Shown: positions 56,123-58,379 of the stretch, piece after piece
How the letters are laid out: each line of letters starts with the position of its first letter
How positions within the stretch are numbered: position 1 is the stretch's first letter
NCBI GenBank assembly: GCA_903821905.1
Contig: CAIJMQ010000043.1
Coordinates: 1 to 58,379 of the forward strand
From: an uncultured bacterium
GTDB taxonomy: Bacteria > CAIJMQ01
Direction: 5' to 3'
Length of the DNA stretch: 58,379 nt
Translations under genes and position numbers: made by a program
The notes under the pieces: model-generated
Told to the model about the DNA's origin: nothing
The model's database searches: none
The model's input: the letters and a program-made list of their open reading frames with translations, nothing else

Positions 56123-58379
56123 ATGAGATATTATAAAAAAACAATTTCTTTGCCTGTTTTACCAATAGCCCTTGTAGTCATTTTTCTGCTCAATTTCCTC
56201 CCCACGTCAGTAATGGCTTTTTCCGGTTCGGGAAGCGGGACTTTGGAAAGTCCGTATGTGATAACAACCGTAGATCAGTTACAAGAGATGAGTAATAATT
56301 TGACCGCATACTATGTTTTAGGAAACGACATGAATGCTTCTGCTACACAGACATGGGACGGTGGCAAGGGTTTCAATCCTATCGGTTGCAGCACCATTTA
56401 TCCTGAATGTGGAACCCGCCCTGCTGGAAAATTCAATGGATCTTTAGACGGCAATGATCATATTATAAGTAATCTTTTTATTAATCGTCCATTAGAAAGT
56501 AATGTCGGTCTAATAGGCGCTACAGACTCGAATGCAATTGTAACCAATTTGGGTTTAGAGAATATTAATATAACAGGGGGATCTGCTACCGGCGGTCTGG
56601 TTGGGCATTGGAGAGGGAACCTTATTTCTAATGTTCATACTACTGGTATAGTGCACGGAGGATTTCAAACCGGTGGTATTTCTGGATGGGGTGAAGCCGG
56701 TTCTATTTACAATATTTTAAACTCCTATTCTGAATGCGATATAATTTCAACTAGTGCTGATGCAGGCGGCCTTGTTGGAGAAGGCGAATACGGAGGAATT
56801 TATAATTCTTATGCTACAGGGGACGTGTCGGGATCGGAAGGTGTCGGTGGCCTTATTGGAGACAGCGAAGGTTGTGGTATTTACAATTCTTACGCTACAG
56901 GGGATGTCTCAGGATCGGGAAACAAAGTTGGTGGTCTCAGAGGATACAGCGAATCTGGTGGCGATCCTGTCATCAACTCTTATGCTACGGGCGATGTGTC
57001 AGGGGCAAACTGGGTTGGTGGCCTTGTCGGGTACAATGAAGTTCCCATATTAAACTGTTATGCTACGGGTGATGTGTCAGGTTCAAACTATGTTGGCGGT
57101 CTTGCCGGTTTAACTACAGATGAGGGCCCTATTTCCAATTCTTACGCAATAGGAAATGTAGATGGGGGAAATCAACTTGGTGGTTTTGTAGGAGGATGCA
57201 CTACTGGTGATTGCCCTATTTCCAATTCTTACTCAACAGGAAACGTAAGTGGAGCCACTCAAGTAGGCGGCTTTATGGGAACAGCAGGAAGTTTGGTTTC
57301 CAATTCTTACTCAACAGGCTTTGTTACAGCAAGCAGCAATGCAGGCGGACTAATCGGTGTTATTACCGGAGACCCACCCACTAATTGTTATTGGTATGAC
57401 CAAGAAGACGATGCCGTTGATTGCTATTTAGGTGGCAACGATGGCTGTACTAAAAAAACAAGCGCAGATGGTCTTCAGTATTTTTACACCATCAGCAACT
57501 CGCCGATGAGTTCGTGGAATTTTACCAGTATCTGGGGGTCGTGGCTTAATGGCATAAATTATCAACCATTACTCTTTCAAGACATTACTACTCCTACCTG
57601 TTCTATTTTTTCAATCTCCGAAACATCAAGTTACGCTTACACTTCTGGTTCTACTATCTATTACAATACTGCTTACTCAGGTTCTTTTACTGTTAATGTT
57701 TTAGCTAGTGATAGCGAATCAGGTATCCAGAAAGTAAATTTCCCGGATACTGTTTCTGCTGGCGGCGATGATACTGACTCTCCCTATTCCTTTATTTACG
57801 ACTGGGACACATCCGATACCTTCTCCCAATCAGCCGATGTTACCTGTTATGACAATAACGATAATACCGAAACAACTTTATTTACCGTCACAAGAGACAT
57901 TACAGCTCCTTCAGGAGGAACTATCTCATATACTGACGGCATTTATACATCTCGTTCCGTCCCCATAACATACACTTTAGGTTCAGATTCTGTTTCAGGC
58001 CTCAATTCCTCTACAGGCAAGATTCAGAAAAGAGAAGCTATTTACTCAGGAGCAAGTTGCGGAACTTTTGGTGATTGGTCTGATTTAGTAACAGAATCTG
58101 ACGGTTCTTATACAGATACCACCGTTTCCTTTGGCAAATGTTATCAATACCGCTATCTTATTTCAGACAATGTTTCAAACCAAGCTGTATATACATCTTC
58201 AAACATTGCTACGATAGGAATTCCTCCCGACATCGATAGTGACGGCATGCCGGATGCCTGGGAAACAGAAAACGGTTTCAATCCCCTTGACCCTACCGAT
58301 GCAACCCAAGATACCGATAATGATGGTTTCACCAATTTAGAAGAATACCAGTTAGGCTATGATCCCAATAATGCATCCC
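56123..58379 (+). CDS. Large secreted GLUG-motif repeat surface protein (3'-partial, runs off the window end)
   Basis: I translated the frame by hand and it stays open from the ATG at 56123 to the window end (>750 codons). The track omits it because it has no stop. It has a signal peptide, a GSGTLESPYVIT start, at least 7 NSYATGDVSG...VGGL (GLUG) repeats, and a TSP3-like Ca-binding repeat (DSDGMPDAWE...DTDNDGFTNLEEY) at the end. Confidence 0.8.
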   Translation, partial: MRYYKKTISLPVLPIALVVIFLLNFLPTSVMAFSGSGSGTLESPYVITTVDQLQEMSNNLTAYYVLGNDMNASATQTWDGGKGFNPIGCSTIYPECGTRPAGKFNGSLDGNDHIISNLFINRPLESNVGLIGATDSNAIVTNLGLENINITGGSATGGLVGHWRGNLISNVHTTGIVHGGFQTGGISGWGEAGSIYNILNSYSECDIISTSADAGGLVGEGEYGGIYNSYATGDVSGSEGVGGLIGDSEGCGIYNSYATGDVSGSGNKVGGLRGYSESGGDPVINSYATGDVSGANWVGGLVGYNEVPILNCYATGDVSGSNYVGGLAGLTTDEGPISNSYAIGNVDGGNQLGGFVGGCTTGDCPISNSYSTGNVSGATQVGGFMGTAGSLVSNSYSTGFVTASSNAGGLIGVITGDPPTNCYWYDQEDDAVDCYLGGNDGCTKKTSADGLQYFYTISNSPMSSWNFTSIWGSWLNGINYQPLLFQDITTPTCSIFSISETSSYAYTSGSTIYYNTAYSGSFTVNVLASDSESGIQKVNFPDTVSAGGDDTDSPYSFIYDWDTSDTFSQSADVTCYDNNDNTETTLFTVTRDITAPSGGTISYTDGIYTSRSVPITYTLGSDSVSGLNSSTGKIQKREAIYSGASCGTFGDWSDLVTESDGSYTDTTVSFGKCYQYRYLISDNVSNQAVYTSSNIATIGIPPDIDSDGMPDAWETENGFNPLDPTDATQDTDNDGFTNLEEYQLGYDPNNAS
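56790..57380 (+). repeat. Tandem, degenerate repeats of ~75-90 nt encoding the GLUG units
   Basis: Recurring NSYATGDVSG(S/A)..VGGL codon blocks. Off-frame ORFs in the track (56754-57053, 57768-57968) are artefacts of this region. Confidence 0.7.

Noticed and set aside
56076-56126. 16-codon upstream ORF (MNKCRSLNNLTKNNFL) whose TGA overlaps the GLUG gene ATG as ATGA
   Set aside because: It has no convincing SD, and short ORFs of this length are expected by chance in AT-rich DNA. I note it only as a possible coupling uORF.
56754-57053. 99-aa and 66-aa (57768-57968) ORFs reported in the track inside the last 2 kb
   Set aside because: Both are in different frames from the long open GLUG-repeat frame that begins at 56123. 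They are artefacts of the repetitive Gly/Ser/Thr codon composition.
1-58379. Mobile element, integrase, transposase or phage genes
   Set aside because: None of the translated ORFs show DDE, tyrosine-recombinase or phage structural-protein motifs. The DUF2971 segment is the only candidate acquired region.

Overview
This is a 58.4 kb, AT-rich, gene-dense bacterial chromosomal window, about 90% coding. I found no rRNA, tRNA, CRISPR array, transposase or integrase. The organism looks Gram-negative and probably anaerobic and uncultivated. The Gram-negative call rests on LPS-heptose genes (a GT9 heptosyltransferase and an RfaE-II-type adenylyltransferase), an AsmA-family protein and an outer-membrane beta-barrel ending in Phe. 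The anaerobe call rests on radical-SAM and ETF genes. I make about 55 CDS calls. The housekeeping set includes rsmA/ksgA, recJ, lysA, hisD, murA, alr, acpS, acpP-fabF, rpoN-nadE-glnA, gmk, nadK, leuCD, hflX and yebC. Glycan and envelope genes (GT2/GT4/GT9/GT1, UXS, a GH27 alpha-galactosidase, a BNR propeller) are interleaved with these. The observations that stand out are as follows.

- **Translation-factor cluster.** hflX, an EF-G paralogue and yebC sit together. The EF-G paralogue has its catalytic G3 His replaced by Tyr (DTPGY) and degenerate G1/G2 motifs.
- **Inserted module.** An AT-rich segment carrying DUF2971, an MFS transporter and a ZIP transporter lies between an acyl-CoA dehydrogenase gene and etfB. 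There is no etfA. The segment is bounded by a perfect 12-bp hairpin and TTNNAACAAAA iterons.
- **Gene remnant.** A 62-codon N-terminal ribulokinase fragment is translationally coupled to the hisD stop.
- **Unusual two-gene pairing.** A standalone acyltransferase with a PKS-type KS-AT linker is followed 12 nt later by a secreted BNR/Asp-box propeller.
- **Surface-protein locus.** A LamG protein with a Cys-initiated C-terminal tail sits beside a large GLUG-repeat protein. The GLUG protein runs off the window end and is therefore missing from the ORF track.
- **PHP-GT pairing.** Two PHP-domain phosphoesterases each abut glycosyltransferase genes.
- **Orphan radical SAM.** An AmmeMemoRadiSam-type radical SAM gene heads the glnA-nadE-rpoN operon without its usual AMMECR1/Memo partners.

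Every functional call rests on motifs I read in the provided translations. I ran no database search.
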